This document shows, in pieces, positions 42,466 through 53,522 of a DNA stretch of 64,000 bases. Source of the DNA: an uncultured Methanosarcinaceae archaeon (GTDB lineage Archaea; Halobacteriota; Methanosarcinia; Methanosarcinales; Methanosarcinaceae); contig CAWJYV010000008.1 in the NCBI GenBank assembly GCA_963847185.1, forward strand, positions 928,001-992,000, written 5' to 3'. The notes beneath the pieces are model-generated. The model did no database searches and was not told the DNA's origin. It saw nothing but the letters and a program-made list of their open reading frames with translations. Position 1 is the stretch's first letter, and each line of letters starts with the position of its first letter. The translations under genes were made by a program, and so were the position numbers.

Positions 42466-42642
42466 GTGTTGTTTCAACTGAAACTTATTTTTCATAAAAT
42501 TCTCAAAAACTATTGGCATTATTATCTGTTATTTCTGGTACTTACTGCAGCTGGATGTACAAATTATATAGATAAATTTCTCGAAAAAGTTGAACCTCAT
42601 TACAGTGGAACAGCAAGTGGGATGCCTTCATTTCGGCTTTGA
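42466..42642 (+). pseudogene. relic or short lipoprotein ORF
   Basis: 58-codon ORF containing the lipobox LVLTAAGC; degraded N-terminus and early stop. Confidence 0.4.
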
Positions 42643-42802
42643 GCCCCAAAATTTTAAAAATATATTCCAGCCAAAGTTGCACTGGCGCACCCCTGCAAAC
42701 AATGGGGTATTTGACTAATAAAAGCAATAAAAATCCCGAAGTAAGGGATAATAGGATACGATCTAACCGACTATCCCTTTCTCCTTATTTAGCCAGATTT
42801 TA

Positions 42803-43149
42803 TCACTGATCCTCGGTGGTAGAATTCGGCATTTCACCTGGGTTTCCAGCTGGAGGGGCTCCTCCTGGTGGCTTGGTAGAGTTGTTAATTGGATTTCCAG
42901 CTGGTGGAAGTTCCTCCCGAAGGCATGGTAGAGTTGTTACCTGGGCTTCTAGCTGGTGGAGCTCCTCCTGGTGGCATAGTAGAGTTGTTACCTGGGCTTC
43001 CACCTGGGAGCATAGTAGAGTTAGGTGACACTTTACCTGAATCCTCCTCTGTAGGGGCAGTAGTATCGGACTTTTTATCAGTACATCCGGACATCACTAC
43101 TATTGATATAAGTAGCAAGCCGATTACTAAAAAGACTTACTTTTTTCAT
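42803..43149 (-). pseudogene. Pro/Gly/Asn-rich repeat lipoprotein with two +1 frameshifts
   Basis: GAGGTG RBS and ATG at 43149; removing one T near 43130 and one near 42909 gives a 114-aa MKKVSLLVIGLLLISIVVMSGC... protein. Confidence 0.75.
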
Positions 43150-43817
43150 TACATCACCTCGCGTGTTATTGAAATTTAATTCTGTATTTTTTAGGGAATA
43201 TAAAATATGACTTCTAAATTTTCAATATCAATTCCCCTAATCTAAGGCAGTACTCAGAATTTACTATAGTAGTATTCAGAATTTGCTGTAGTTATAGGTC
43301 GAATTTTTACTTGTTATGTGCAATTTGATTCTTTCGAGGTACTGCGCAAATTTTGAGTTTTAATCACAATATCTCATTCATTCCGTTTTCATGTATTTTG
43401 CCTGAGTAGTACCTATACTTCTTAATTTTTACATGTCCTAAATTGCCAGACAAATAAATAAAGATACTTTGAAGAAAAGAGTGAAAAAGAATGCTTTATT
43501 GTCATTTAAATGTTAATAATTATTTATACTTTCAAATAAAACTTTATTATTAGTTTATATTAAAATAAGCTTAATTTAAAGTATTATTCTTTTGTGAGTC
43601 GTCATGATAACAACAAGATCGGCTAAGTAATATAGAGAGTTGTAGAGAGTTTCGCAGTCAGAAAAGCATATCAGCAGATCAAAGTATTCTGGGGAAAGGA
43701 TTATTTAATTTCCACAACTAGTTTTTCCTTTATTTTGATGTGGCAGGGTTCCATTAAACTCGATGGTAAAAAGACGTCTTTAATTAGTTGGCGTTCTTGA
43801 GGTTTTCACGTTCGCGG

Positions 43818-44129
43818 TTACAGTCTGGCCGGAGATGACACTAAAGCTATCAGTTTCTCCAACATAATATTCTCATTCTCCAACATATTCTCATACTTCA
43901 CATATACTTTGTACATACTTTCCGGAACACTGGGTGAGGTATAACATCCATTATCATCGATATATGAGATACTGGCTGTATTACTCGTACTCGTTAGGTT
44001 CCATAATTCTACCTGAGACGCATATAATAAATTGTTTACTAAAAGCTGTGTTATCCCATCGTTGTAAAAAATTGTGCCGGTTATATATCCCTTGTCTTCC
44101 GGACGTGTAATTTGCTCGAGCGCCACCAA
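43818..44129 (-). pseudogene. fragment resembling a carboxypeptidase-regulatory-like (beta-sandwich) domain
   Basis: GYITGTI...VELWN...DDNGCY...VP..YKVYV pattern; no signal peptide or convincing start. Confidence 0.4.
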
Positions 44130-44788
44130 GCTTTTGATAAGTCATGTGAAATTAAGAAAAAAATATATAATTATGTTTTAACTGCATACTCTTTTTTGGG
44201 GACAATGTAAAGGAAATTTAACATACAAAGTGTTACTCTTCCTGACTCAGCCTCATAAATCTTTTATCAGAAAAAAGTAAAGTGACATTTAAATATATTT
44301 AAATAATACCATGGACTCTCCGAACCTGCCATTTCTGAAAATAGCTAAAATACGTTACTCTTTCCTAACTTGCGGCTTCAATAGTTCTTCAGGTAAGGCA
44401 TAAGAACTTTTTCATAAGAGATATACTCAGGGCAAATAGTTTGAAAGTTTTTGTATTATCTTAGTCTCAGCTCAGATCCTCAAGTTTCTAACCTCTGAGG
44501 AGTTTGAAGGATTAATGCTGCTGATTATCTTTTTAATGTCTTATTTTTGTTCTTTCAAGTTCAATTAATAAATAAAAAATTTGAGGGGTGTTTAATTTTG
44601 GAATTTACCGTTTTATATAAAGGGATTACGGTCTTTTATTTAATATCTTTTATTATTTTTTTCAACAAAACTTTTTTATTGGTAGTTATCCGATATACTG
44701 ATATAACATCCTATATATATTTAGCTCACTTTATTAAGTTGAGACTTCTAAAGGTAATGTATAAATTCTAAAAAAGGTTGTTTAAGTT

Positions 44789-46006
44789 ATGAAAGCTATT
44801 ATCCTTGCAGCAGGAGAGGGGCTGCGCTGCAGGCCTCTAACTCTTACTCGTTCTAAAGTAATGCTTCCCATCGCCAACAGGCCCATTTTGGAACATGTCA
44901 TTAATTCGCTCGAAAAAAATGGAATATCTGAAATTATACTGATTGTAGGATATGAAAAAGAACGAATAATGGACTATTTTGAGGACGGGCTGAACTTCGG
45001 AGTAAAAATAACCTATGTAGAACAGAAAGCTCAGCTTGGTACAGCACACGCAATAGAACAGGCAAAGAAGTTCATTGGTCCGGAAGATTCGGAATTTCTT
45101 GTATTGAATGGAGACAACATGGTTGAACCCAAGACCATAGCTGATCTTCTTAATAATTATGAGGGGGATGCGAGTCTTCTAACAGTGAGAATGGAAGATA
45201 CAGCAGGTTACGGTGTGGTGCTGAAAGAAAGAAAAAAGGTTACGCAGATCTTGGAAAAAAGACCTGGAGATGTAAGCCGGATTGTGAATACTGGAATTTA
45301 TGTTTTTACGCCTCATATTTTTGAAATCATTGAAAAGACTCCGATCTCTGAAAACGGAGAATATGCAATAACAGATACTCTCCAGATTATGATAGATGAA
45401 GGAAAAGACATTACAGCGGTCCCTACAGAATCAAAATGGATAGATGCTGTCCATGCCTGGGATCTGCTGAAAGCAAACGCTATTGTTTTAAACTCCTCCA
45501 AGAATCTGAAAGTAGAAGGGGAAGTGGAAGAAGGAGTAGTAATCAGAGGAAAAGTAGCAATTGGGAAAAACACGAAGATTCGCTCAGGAACCTATATTGT
45601 AGGTCCTGCAGTTATCGGAGATAATTGTGATATTGGCCCAAATGTTGTCATTCTCCCTTCAACAACAATAGGAAACAATGTATCTATTCGGTCTTTTACT
45701 GAGATCCAGAACAGTATCATAATGAACGACTGTAGGATATACTCTCACGGACAAATTTCTAATTCCGTAATTGGAAGCAACAATACAATCGGCTCAGGAT
45801 TCTTTGTTGAAGAAAAAGAAGGTCTGGCAATCAACATGAATGGAATGCTTCATCGAGCTCCCAGGTTAGGTACGATCTTTGGAGATGATAACAGGATTGG
45901 AAACAGCGTACTTGTTAAAGCTGGTGTAACGATAGCTGTCGACTGTCAGGTGGAATCCGGAGTCACTGTATACAGGAACCTTTCCCGTCATTCGGTGGTC
46001 CTTTAA
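44789..46006 (+). CDS. glmU: bifunctional sugar-1-phosphate nucleotidyltransferase/acetyltransferase (GlmU-like)
   Basis: ILAAGEGLRCRPLT..K, LGTAHA, hexapeptide repeats. Confidence 0.85.
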   Translation: MKAIILAAGEGLRCRPLTLTRSKVMLPIANRPILEHVINSLEKNGISEIILIVGYEKERIMDYFEDGLNFGVKITYVEQKAQLGTAHAIEQAKKFIGPEDSEFLVLNGDNMVEPKTIADLLNNYEGDASLLTVRMEDTAGYGVVLKERKKVTQILEKRPGDVSRIVNTGIYVFTPHIFEIIEKTPISENGEYAITDTLQIMIDEGKDITAVPTESKWIDAVHAWDLLKANAIVLNSSKNLKVEGEVEEGVVIRGKVAIGKNTKIRSGTYIVGPAVIGDNCDIGPNVVILPSTTIGNNVSIRSFTEIQNSIIMNDCRIYSHGQISNSVIGSNNTIGSGFFVEEKEGLAINMNGMLHRAPRLGTIFGDDNRIGNSVLVKAGVTIAVDCQVESGVTVYRNLSRHSVVL

Positions 46007-46025
46007 TCTTAAAAGGGGTAAAAAA

Positions 46026-47879
46026 ATGTGTGGAATTGTAGGATATGCAGGGGAGAATTCTGCTGCATCTGTCATTATAGAATCCCTCAAAAAACTCGAG
46101 TATCGCGGATATGATTCGGCTGGTGTTACGGTTCTGGGCAGCGGCATCGATACTTACAAGTCTGTAGGTAGGATTGTAAACCTTGAAGCCATAATCCCGG
46201 CAGGAATACATGGCAATATAGGAATAGGGCATACCCGTTGGGCGACCCACGGGCGGCCGAGTACGGTAAACGCCCATCCGCATAACTCTGGAAACCCATG
46301 CAAAATCTCGGTCGTACATAACGGGATCATCGAGAACTACATGGCATTAAAAGAACAACTGACTGCAGAAGGATATGAGTTCAAGTCTGAAACAGACACC
46401 GAAGTAATCGCCCACCTCCTGCACAAACATATTTATGGAAAATGCGACGGAAAAGAGACAAACTGTGATTTCCATCTAGGGCTCAGGGAAGCTCTCAAGG
46501 AAATTGAAGGTTCTTATGCTCTTGGAATTCTCTTTGCTGATGAACCTAAAAAACTCTTCCTTGCCAGGAAAGACAGTCCTCTTGTTATAGGTCTTGGAAA
46601 AGGAGAAAACTTCGCAGCATCAGACGTAACTGCTTTCCTGAATTACACCAGAGATGTTATTTTCGTAAACGACTTCGAAACAGCAATTCTGACTCCTGCC
46701 AGTGTAGAGATCTTTGACAGGGAAGGAAAAGTCCGAGAAAAGAAGATAGAGAAGATAGAATGGGACTTTGAGGCTGCTGAAAAAGCCGGTTACGAACATT
46801 TCATGCTTAAAGAGATCCACGAACAGGTAAGTGCAATTCATAATACACTTGCAGGTAAGGTCTCGGAACTTGAAGGTTCAATATCTCTCAAAGAACTGAA
46901 TATGAGCGATGAAGAGATCAAGAAACTTTCCAGAGTCCAGATCCTGGCATGTGGGACCTCCTGGCACGCAGGATTTCTTGGAAAATATCTTTTCGAGCAG
47001 CTGGCAGGCATTCACTGTGATATAGATATCTGCTCTGAGTACAGGTACAGAAACCCTGTAATGAATGAGGGAACCCTCGCCATTGCAATAACTCAGTCCG
47101 GAGAAACTGCAGATACCCTTGCCGCTGTGCGTGAAGTCATGTCTTATAACTGCCCTACTCTTGCAATCACCAATGTTGTAGGAAGTACCATTACAAGAGA
47201 AGCCAATAGTGTGCTCTATACTAGAGCAGGGCCGGAAATTGGAGTCGCGGCGACCAAGACATTCAGTACTCAGCTCACTCTTCTTTATTTGCTCGCCGTC
47301 AAGTTTGCTCTTGTAAGAGGTAAGTTAAGCCCGGATTATGTTAAAGGATTTATTACTGAACTCAGAAAAGTACCAGGCCAGATCCAGCAGATCCTCAATC
47401 AAAAAGAATCAATAAAGGAATGTGCAGAGACTTTTGCTCAGGCAAAAAGTTACTTCTTCCTTGGCAGACACCTCAATTATCCGATTGCTCTTGAAGGAGC
47501 CCTCAAATTAAAGGAAATTTCTTACTTGCATGCAGAAGGTTTTGCTGCAGGTGAGCTTAAACACGGACCAATCGCTCTACTCGAAAAAGGAACACCTGTG
47601 GTTACAATCGCGACAAAAGGGCAGACTTACGATAAGGTTCTGAGCAATATAAAAGAAGTAAAAGCAAGGGATGCAGTCGTTATTGCAGTAGCCGATAACA
47701 AAGACACCGAAATTGCAAAATATGCGGATATGGTCCTTAGAATTCCTCAGAGTGACGAACTTCTTGCCCCGCTGCTGAGTGTTGTAGTTCTCCAATTGCT
47801 CGCTTATTATACTGCTCTTGCCAGAGGATGCTCTATTGACAAGCCGCGCAACCTTGCAAAAAGCGTAACAGTGGAATGA
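46026..47879 (+). CDS. glmS: glutamine--fructose-6-phosphate aminotransferase
   Basis: MCGIVG, EYRGYDSAG, GHTRWATHG, PRNLAKSVTVE. Confidence 0.97.
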   Translation: MCGIVGYAGENSAASVIIESLKKLEYRGYDSAGVTVLGSGIDTYKSVGRIVNLEAIIPAGIHGNIGIGHTRWATHGRPSTVNAHPHNSGNPCKISVVHNGIIENYMALKEQLTAEGYEFKSETDTEVIAHLLHKHIYGKCDGKETNCDFHLGLREALKEIEGSYALGILFADEPKKLFLARKDSPLVIGLGKGENFAASDVTAFLNYTRDVIFVNDFETAILTPASVEIFDREGKVREKKIEKIEWDFEAAEKAGYEHFMLKEIHEQVSAIHNTLAGKVSELEGSISLKELNMSDEEIKKLSRVQILACGTSWHAGFLGKYLFEQLAGIHCDIDICSEYRYRNPVMNEGTLAIAITQSGETADTLAAVREVMSYNCPTLAITNVVGSTITREANSVLYTRAGPEIGVAATKTFSTQLTLLYLLAVKFALVRGKLSPDYVKGFITELRKVPGQIQQILNQKESIKECAETFAQAKSYFFLGRHLNYPIALEGALKLKEISYLHAEGFAAGELKHGPIALLEKGTPVVTIATKGQTYDKVLSNIKEVKARDAVVIAVADNKDTEIAKYADMVLRIPQSDELLAPLLSVVVLQLLAYYTALARGCSIDKPRNLAKSVTVE

Positions 47880-47960
47880 CGAGATAAACTGAGAATTTCA
47901 AAATTGAAACATAAGGATAATTCTAGATGAAAAAATTAAAGAAATCTAGGAGTGGGATAC

Positions 47961-49265
47961 ATGAAACTCTTCGGATCTTCAGGAATAAGAGGCATAGCAA
48001 ACAAAGAAATTACACCCGAACTTGCACTTAAAGTCGGGATGGTGTTGGGAAGCCGGAAAAAAACTGCGGTTATCGGGAGAGACCCAAGAGTTTCGGCGCC
48101 TATGATAGAACATGCCCTGATTGCAGGATTAACTTCAGCAGGCTGTGATGTTACAGAGGTAGGTCTTGTTACTACCCCAACTCTCGCATACGCAGCAAAA
48201 GACTACGAATGCGGAGTAATGGTCACAGCCTCCCATAACCCTTCTGAGTATGTAGGGATTAAACTCTGGAACCCTGACGGCATGGCCTTTGATTCGGCCC
48301 AGCAAGACGAAATTGAAAAAGCTATTGAAGAAGAGAGCTTTTCCAGAGTTCCCTGGAACCTTATTGGCAAATTCGAAGAAGATGGAAATGCTATTCGGGT
48401 CCATATGAATATGATCAAAAAGCTCGTAGGAAATTCCAGTCTGAAAATAGTGCTGGATTGCGGGTGTGGGGCCGGAGGGACGATCAGTCCGTATCTCCTT
48501 CAGGAATTAGGCTGTGAGGTAATAACCCTGAACGCACAGCCAGACGGCCATTTCCCTGCAAGGAACCCGGAGCCTGTTGATGAAAATCTATCTCTCCTGA
48601 AAAAAGCTGTCGTAGATTTTGGAGCTGATCTCGGGATAGCGCACGATGGTGACGCGGACAGGATGATGGCAGTAGATGAAAATGGTAATTTCGTCTCCGG
48701 AGACGAAATGCTTGCAATTTTCGGGCTCTTCGAATGCGCTGGCAATAAAGGAAAAGTTGTCGTGCCTGTGGACACATCAATGATGGTTGATGATTATCTC
48801 GAGGGCTCCGAAATTGTGAGAACCAGAGTAGGGGATGTCTATGTTGCAGAAGGCATAAAGCAGTGCGGGGCCGTCTATGGGGGCGAGCCTTCAGGAAGCT
48901 GGATTTTCCCGAAGATTTCTTACTGCCCGGATGGAATTTATGCAGCTGCAAAACTCGTTGAGATTTTAAAGGATACGAAATTAAGCGAGCTTCGGAAGAA
49001 ACTTCCCAGATATGCCACAAAAAGAGAAGCTTTCCCCTGTGCAAATGAGAAAAAGGCAGAGTTTATGAAAAAGGTAAAGGTGAAACTTTCGCCTCTTGGA
49101 GAGGTTCTTGATATCGATGGTATTCGTGTGGAGATGGAAAACGGGTGGATACTTGTTCGCCCATCGGGTACAGAGGCAAAAGTGAGAATTACGGCTGAAG
49201 CCCGGGAAAACGTTGATGAGATCTTTGAAAAGGCTGAAAAAATAGTGAAGGAGGCTCTTAAATGA
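47961..49265 (+). CDS. glmM: phosphoglucosamine mutase
   Basis: [26 protein letters not shown]; operon context. Confidence 0.9.
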   Translation: MKLFGSSGIRGIANKEITPELALKVGMVLGSRKKTAVIGRDPRVSAPMIEHALIAGLTSAGCDVTEVGLVTTPTLAYAAKDYECGVMVTASHNPSEYVGIKLWNPDGMAFDSAQQDEIEKAIEEESFSRVPWNLIGKFEEDGNAIRVHMNMIKKLVGNSSLKIVLDCGCGAGGTISPYLLQELGCEVITLNAQPDGHFPARNPEPVDENLSLLKKAVVDFGADLGIAHDGDADRMMAVDENGNFVSGDEMLAIFGLFECAGNKGKVVVPVDTSMMVDDYLEGSEIVRTRVGDVYVAEGIKQCGAVYGGEPSGSWIFPKISYCPDGIYAAAKLVEILKDTKLSELRKKLPRYATKREAFPCANEKKAEFMKKVKVKLSPLGEVLDIDGIRVEMENGWILVRPSGTEAKVRITAEARENVDEIFEKAEKIVKEALK

Positions 49266-50455
49266 AAGCAGTTATCCTTGTGGCAGGGAAAGGCACAAGG
49301 ATGGAGCCTCTGACTTCTAACTGTCCTAAAGTTATGCTCCAGATTGCAAATAAGCCCATTCTTGAACATATTCTGGATTCAGCCATAGAAGCAGGCATTG
49401 AAGGTTTTGTCTTCATTACGGGTTATCTGGAAGACCAGATAAGAGAGTATTTCGGAGACGGTGGTAGATGGGGGGTAAGCATAGAATATGTCCAGCAAAA
49501 GGAACAATCAGGAACTGCAAATGCAATAGGTTGTGCAAAAGGACATGTTGAAGGTGCTTTCCTTGTACTTAACGGGGACATGCTTATAGGACAGGAGGAC
49601 CTGAAAGCTCTGGTTTCAAGGAAAGAAGAAGCCGTTATCTGCGTAAAAGAAGTAGATAACCCTTCCGATTTCGGAGTACTTGAAACTGAAGACAGTAGGG
49701 TAGTCAGGATAATTGAAAAGCCTAAAAACCCTCCTACTAACCTTGCAAACGCCGGAATATATCTTTTCAGAGATTCCATATTCGATTTTATTGGCAGAAC
49801 ACCTGCATCGGTGAGAAATGAATTCGAGATCACTGATTCCATTCAGATGCTGATTGATAGTGGAGCGACGGTAGGCTACAGCCCTCTCGGGGAGAGGTGG
49901 ATAGATATCGGATACCCCTGGGATCTATTGAAAGCAAATGAACACCTTCTGAAAGATCTTAAGGGGAGCTGCGAAGGTATCGTGGAACCGAATGCAACCA
50001 TAAAAGGTGAAGTTGTGATCGGAAAAGGTGCTCTTATCAGGAATGGCTCTTATATTGAAGGGCCTGTCGTAATAGGAGAAAACTGCGATATAGGGCCTAA
50101 CTGCTATATCCGTCCTTCTACTGCGCTTGGAAACAACGTCAGGATTGGAAACGCTGTAGAAATCAAGAACACAATTGTCATGGCAAGTACACATATTGGA
50201 CATCTGAGCTATGTAGGTGATAGCGTAATCGGATGCCATTGTAATTTCGGAGCAGGTACAAAGGTTGCAAACCTTCGCCACGACGGAAAAAATATAAAAG
50301 TAATGATAAAAGGCAGGATTCTCGATTCTGGCAGGAGAAAACTAGGAGTGATTATGGGAGACGATGTGCATACAGGTATCAATAACAGTATAAACATAGG
50401 TGTAATAATGGAGAAAGGAAGATGCACATCTCCTGGAGAAGTGATTAAGCATTGA
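49262..50455 (+). CDS. glmU: bifunctional UDP-GlcNAc pyrophosphorylase/acetyltransferase (archaeal GlmU)
   Basis: [39 protein letters not shown]. Confidence 0.9.
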   Translation: MKAVILVAGKGTRMEPLTSNCPKVMLQIANKPILEHILDSAIEAGIEGFVFITGYLEDQIREYFGDGGRWGVSIEYVQQKEQSGTANAIGCAKGHVEGAFLVLNGDMLIGQEDLKALVSRKEEAVICVKEVDNPSDFGVLETEDSRVVRIIEKPKNPPTNLANAGIYLFRDSIFDFIGRTPASVRNEFEITDSIQMLIDSGATVGYSPLGERWIDIGYPWDLLKANEHLLKDLKGSCEGIVEPNATIKGEVVIGKGALIRNGSYIEGPVVIGENCDIGPNCYIRPSTALGNNVRIGNAVEIKNTIVMASTHIGHLSYVGDSVIGCHCNFGAGTKVANLRHDGKNIKVMIKGRILDSGRRKLGVIMGDDVHTGINNSINIGVIMEKGRCTSPGEVIKH

Positions 50456-50539
50456 ACAGAGATCGAATATTTTAAAAACAGGATCAAAGTCTCTTCCCTT
50501 GAAAAAGGGAAAGGGAATTGTGCATTATTTTTGTCAATA

Positions 50540-51073
50540 TTATGAATAAAGCTGCCTTAAAGTCCAGAGAGCTGTTTTTCGGAAGAATCCTTCAGTTTCC
50601 ACTTTAAGGGACTCCTCGTTCATTTTTTCTACTGCTTTCCTTAATGGATCTTCAGAATCAAGTACTTCTTTTATGATTTTTTCGTCACTTTCCACTGTTA
50701 TGGAAGGTCCGAATGCTGAGTTTGGATCTGTGGCGGTGTTATACTTGTAAAACTCTCCTACTTGTCCACTTCTCATAAGTAGAGTTACATTTAGCATGTC
50801 ACCGTTTTCAAGTTTTATTCTCCCGGCTATTTCTTCACTTCCAACAAGCCTTTGAAGAACTGAAGGAACTTTATCGAAGTTTTGATTATAAAGTTCTATG
50901 TTTTTACTTAATTTTGTGAAGAGATCATTTTCATTAGTAGAATTATCAGGAGCCTCGTAAAGGTTAGCTTTCCTGATGTTATTCGCATCCGAGGCCGCAC
51001 CTGCTATTGGGACAAACGAAAGTACAATGAGAAAGAGTAAACTCAAAGCTTTAGTTCTACTGCAAGGAACCAT
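50540..51073 (-). CDS. secreted hypothetical protein
   Basis: signal peptide ending AGA-A; 177 aa. Confidence 0.75.
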   Translation of the reverse strand: MVPCSRTKALSLLFLIVLSFVPIAGAASDANNIRKANLYEAPDNSTNENDLFTKLSKNIELYNQNFDKVPSVLQRLVGSEEIAGRIKLENGDMLNVTLLMRSGQVGEFYKYNTATDPNSAFGPSITVESDEKIIKEVLDSEDPLRKAVEKMNEESLKVETEGFFRKTALWTLRQLYS

Positions 51074-51341
51074 GGTTGAAAATACGGGGCAGATATATAA
51101 AAAATTATCAGTATAAATAGAAATTTTTCTAATAAGTAAAGACCAGATAAATACTTTAGCTGGCCGAATCTCAAAAACAGGATTAAGGGCAAAGAAGCAA
51201 ATATTTAAGGAACTTCTGGTAAAATAAATTATATATTAAGAAGGAGTTTTTTAAGGAAAACAAAGCAGGTAAGGTTAAAACTCGAGTAATAATCAAAAAT
51301 AAAAATTTACCGAAAGTGTCTTTTGAGGCACAGGTAAATTC

Positions 51342-51539
51342 TTAAAGCTTAAGAGATGGTCTAAACACTTCAGTGCAGTATTTGTCGAAGACCTGGTCTT
51401 CAACCTGCTCGCAGATTTTCTTATATTCTTTTGATTTCGGATCGTGTTTGCTCATATTTTTTTTGACTTCAGCATTCATCTTATCAAGGGTTTTCTGGTC
51501 AAAACCTTCCGTATTCTCCATAGTAAACATAAAAATCAT
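51342..51539 (-). CDS. small hypothetical protein
   Basis: about 60 aa, charged and helical; start uncertain. Confidence 0.6.
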   Translation of the reverse strand: MIFMFTMENTEGFDQKTLDKMNAEVKKNMSKHDPKSKEYKKICEQVEDQVFDKYCTEVFRPSLKL

Positions 51540-52213
51540 TCTCTGAAATTACCTTATTTGGTACAAGGTTTAAATTATTGGCTATATAAATTATCTTATA
51601 TGCCTAAATAACACTACTGTGCAAACTCAGGAATTAATATATAAACATGTTATTCTGGTAATTTCATAACTATATATTAATTCTTAAACTATGCTTGAAA
51701 ATTATTTATTCAATAATTGCAAGTTTTATATTATTCATCTAATATATTAGTTTTCTCTTCAATCGAGCATTGGTATACCATATAAAGGATCTTAATGTTA
51801 AAACTCTAACGTCAAGATTTTTAGAAAACCTTTTATTTTACTTAATTGATTATTCAAACATATATAGGAGTAAATCATTTATTTGTTTACTCATATAAGT
51901 ATTTTACACCCATCTAATATCTTTCAGGACATTAGTTTCCATGCTGTATATTTGCAGCCCTATTACATATCCGTGTATTTATTTTTACATATATTACATA
52001 TTTAGCTGCATATTTTGTTACAGGTTTTGATTCGGATCTTATAGATGAATTTAAATATATCTCGATGAGGGTGCTCCTAGAAGATTATTTTCTAAAATCT
52101 AAGAGACAGATAGGGCTTTCGCAGTCGAATCTTTATTTCATTTTTTTGGGTTAATTTTATTAGCCCTTCGGATTACTATAGGGATATAGAAAAGTATTCG
52201 AGTTGATTACAAA

Positions 52214-53332
52214 GTGCGATCAGTCTCACAAAGAGTTAATGCGAAAAAAACTCATGAAAACACCAACGAGTTTGGAAAATCCACTTCCGAGCTTCTGATT
52301 TTGAAGCCTGAAGGTTATCCATTGAGCGGCATGATGGATGAATATCCTGTAATTGAAAATAGGGACGTTTTTGAATTCTATGCCAGAGAACAGTGGAATG
52401 GATGTATCGCCCGCAAAGGGGATTATCTCTTTGACAGACGGATGTTCCCGGACTTTGCTTACCGGATTATAGATGTTGAACCTGCTGAATCCATAATAGG
52501 AAATTCAACCTCGATTATTGTAACTGAAGAGGAAAATGGTATTCCTTCCTCGGGAGAAATTAAGAGCAGTGTTATATTTGATGACGTAATAGGGCAGGAA
52601 CTTGCAAAGCAAAAATGCAGGCTAATAGAGCGTTTCCTTGAAGAGCCCGAACGCTTTGGGAAATGGGCTCCAAGAAATGTCCTTTTCTTCGGGCCCTCAG
52701 GCACCGGAAAAACTATGCTTGCAAAGGCTCTTGCAAACAAAACTGATGTACCTATCATTCCTGTCAAAGCTACTCAGCTTATAGGAGAATATGTGGGAGA
52801 TGGAGCAAGGCAGATCCACCAGCTTTATGACCGTGCAGAAGAGATGGCTCCCTGTATAATTTTCATTGATGAACTTGATGCTATAGCTCTGGACAGGAAA
52901 TTCCAGGAGTTAAGAGGAGATGTAAGTGAAATTGTAAATGCTCTGCTGACAGAAATGGATGGCATAGTTGAACGTGACGGGGTCTGTACTATCTGCTCAA
53001 CAAACCGGATTTACTCTCTGGATTCTGCTGTAAGAAGCAGGTTTGAAGAAGAGATTGAGTTTGTCCTTCCTGAGGAAGAGGAAGTCATCCGCATATTCGA
53101 ATCTAATGTAAAGACTTTTCCTTTGCAGGTAGAAAATTGTGATTTCCAGATTCTTGCAAAGAGATCGAAAGGGCTTTCAGGTAGGGATATTGTGGAAAAG
53201 GTCTTGAAATCAGCCCTTCATCAGGCCATTATTGAAGATAGGGAAATAGTGACTGGTAAGGATTTTGAAAAATCCCTTGCAAAACTTGGTAGAAAAGAAC
53301 TCCCTCAGGACCCTTCTGGACTTTATGTCTGA
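52214..53332 (+). CDS. archaeal AAA ATPase (COG1223-like)
   Basis: FGKWAPRNVLFFGPSGTGKT, FIDELDA, RGDVSEIVNALL. Confidence 0.92.
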   Translation: MRSVSQRVNAKKTHENTNEFGKSTSELLILKPEGYPLSGMMDEYPVIENRDVFEFYAREQWNGCIARKGDYLFDRRMFPDFAYRIIDVEPAESIIGNSTSIIVTEEENGIPSSGEIKSSVIFDDVIGQELAKQKCRLIERFLEEPERFGKWAPRNVLFFGPSGTGKTMLAKALANKTDVPIIPVKATQLIGEYVGDGARQIHQLYDRAEEMAPCIIFIDELDAIALDRKFQELRGDVSEIVNALLTEMDGIVERDGVCTICSTNRIYSLDSAVRSRFEEEIEFVLPEEEEVIRIFESNVKTFPLQVENCDFQILAKRSKGLSGRDIVEKVLKSALHQAIIEDREIVTGKDFEKSLAKLGRKELPQDPSGLYV

Positions 53333-53522
53333 GCTTTGCATAAACATTATTTTACTTTAATAAACTCTGTTTTAAGATCCTAATAGTTATAAAATCTTAA
53401 ACGTGATTATAAGATTATGAGAAGAATCTCTACGATATGAAGATGCAGCTTTTGGTGCAGTGATGTAACCTATTGAGTGCTATTTACGGAAAATTGCAGA
53501 TAGTTTGACAGGGGGACAAGGT

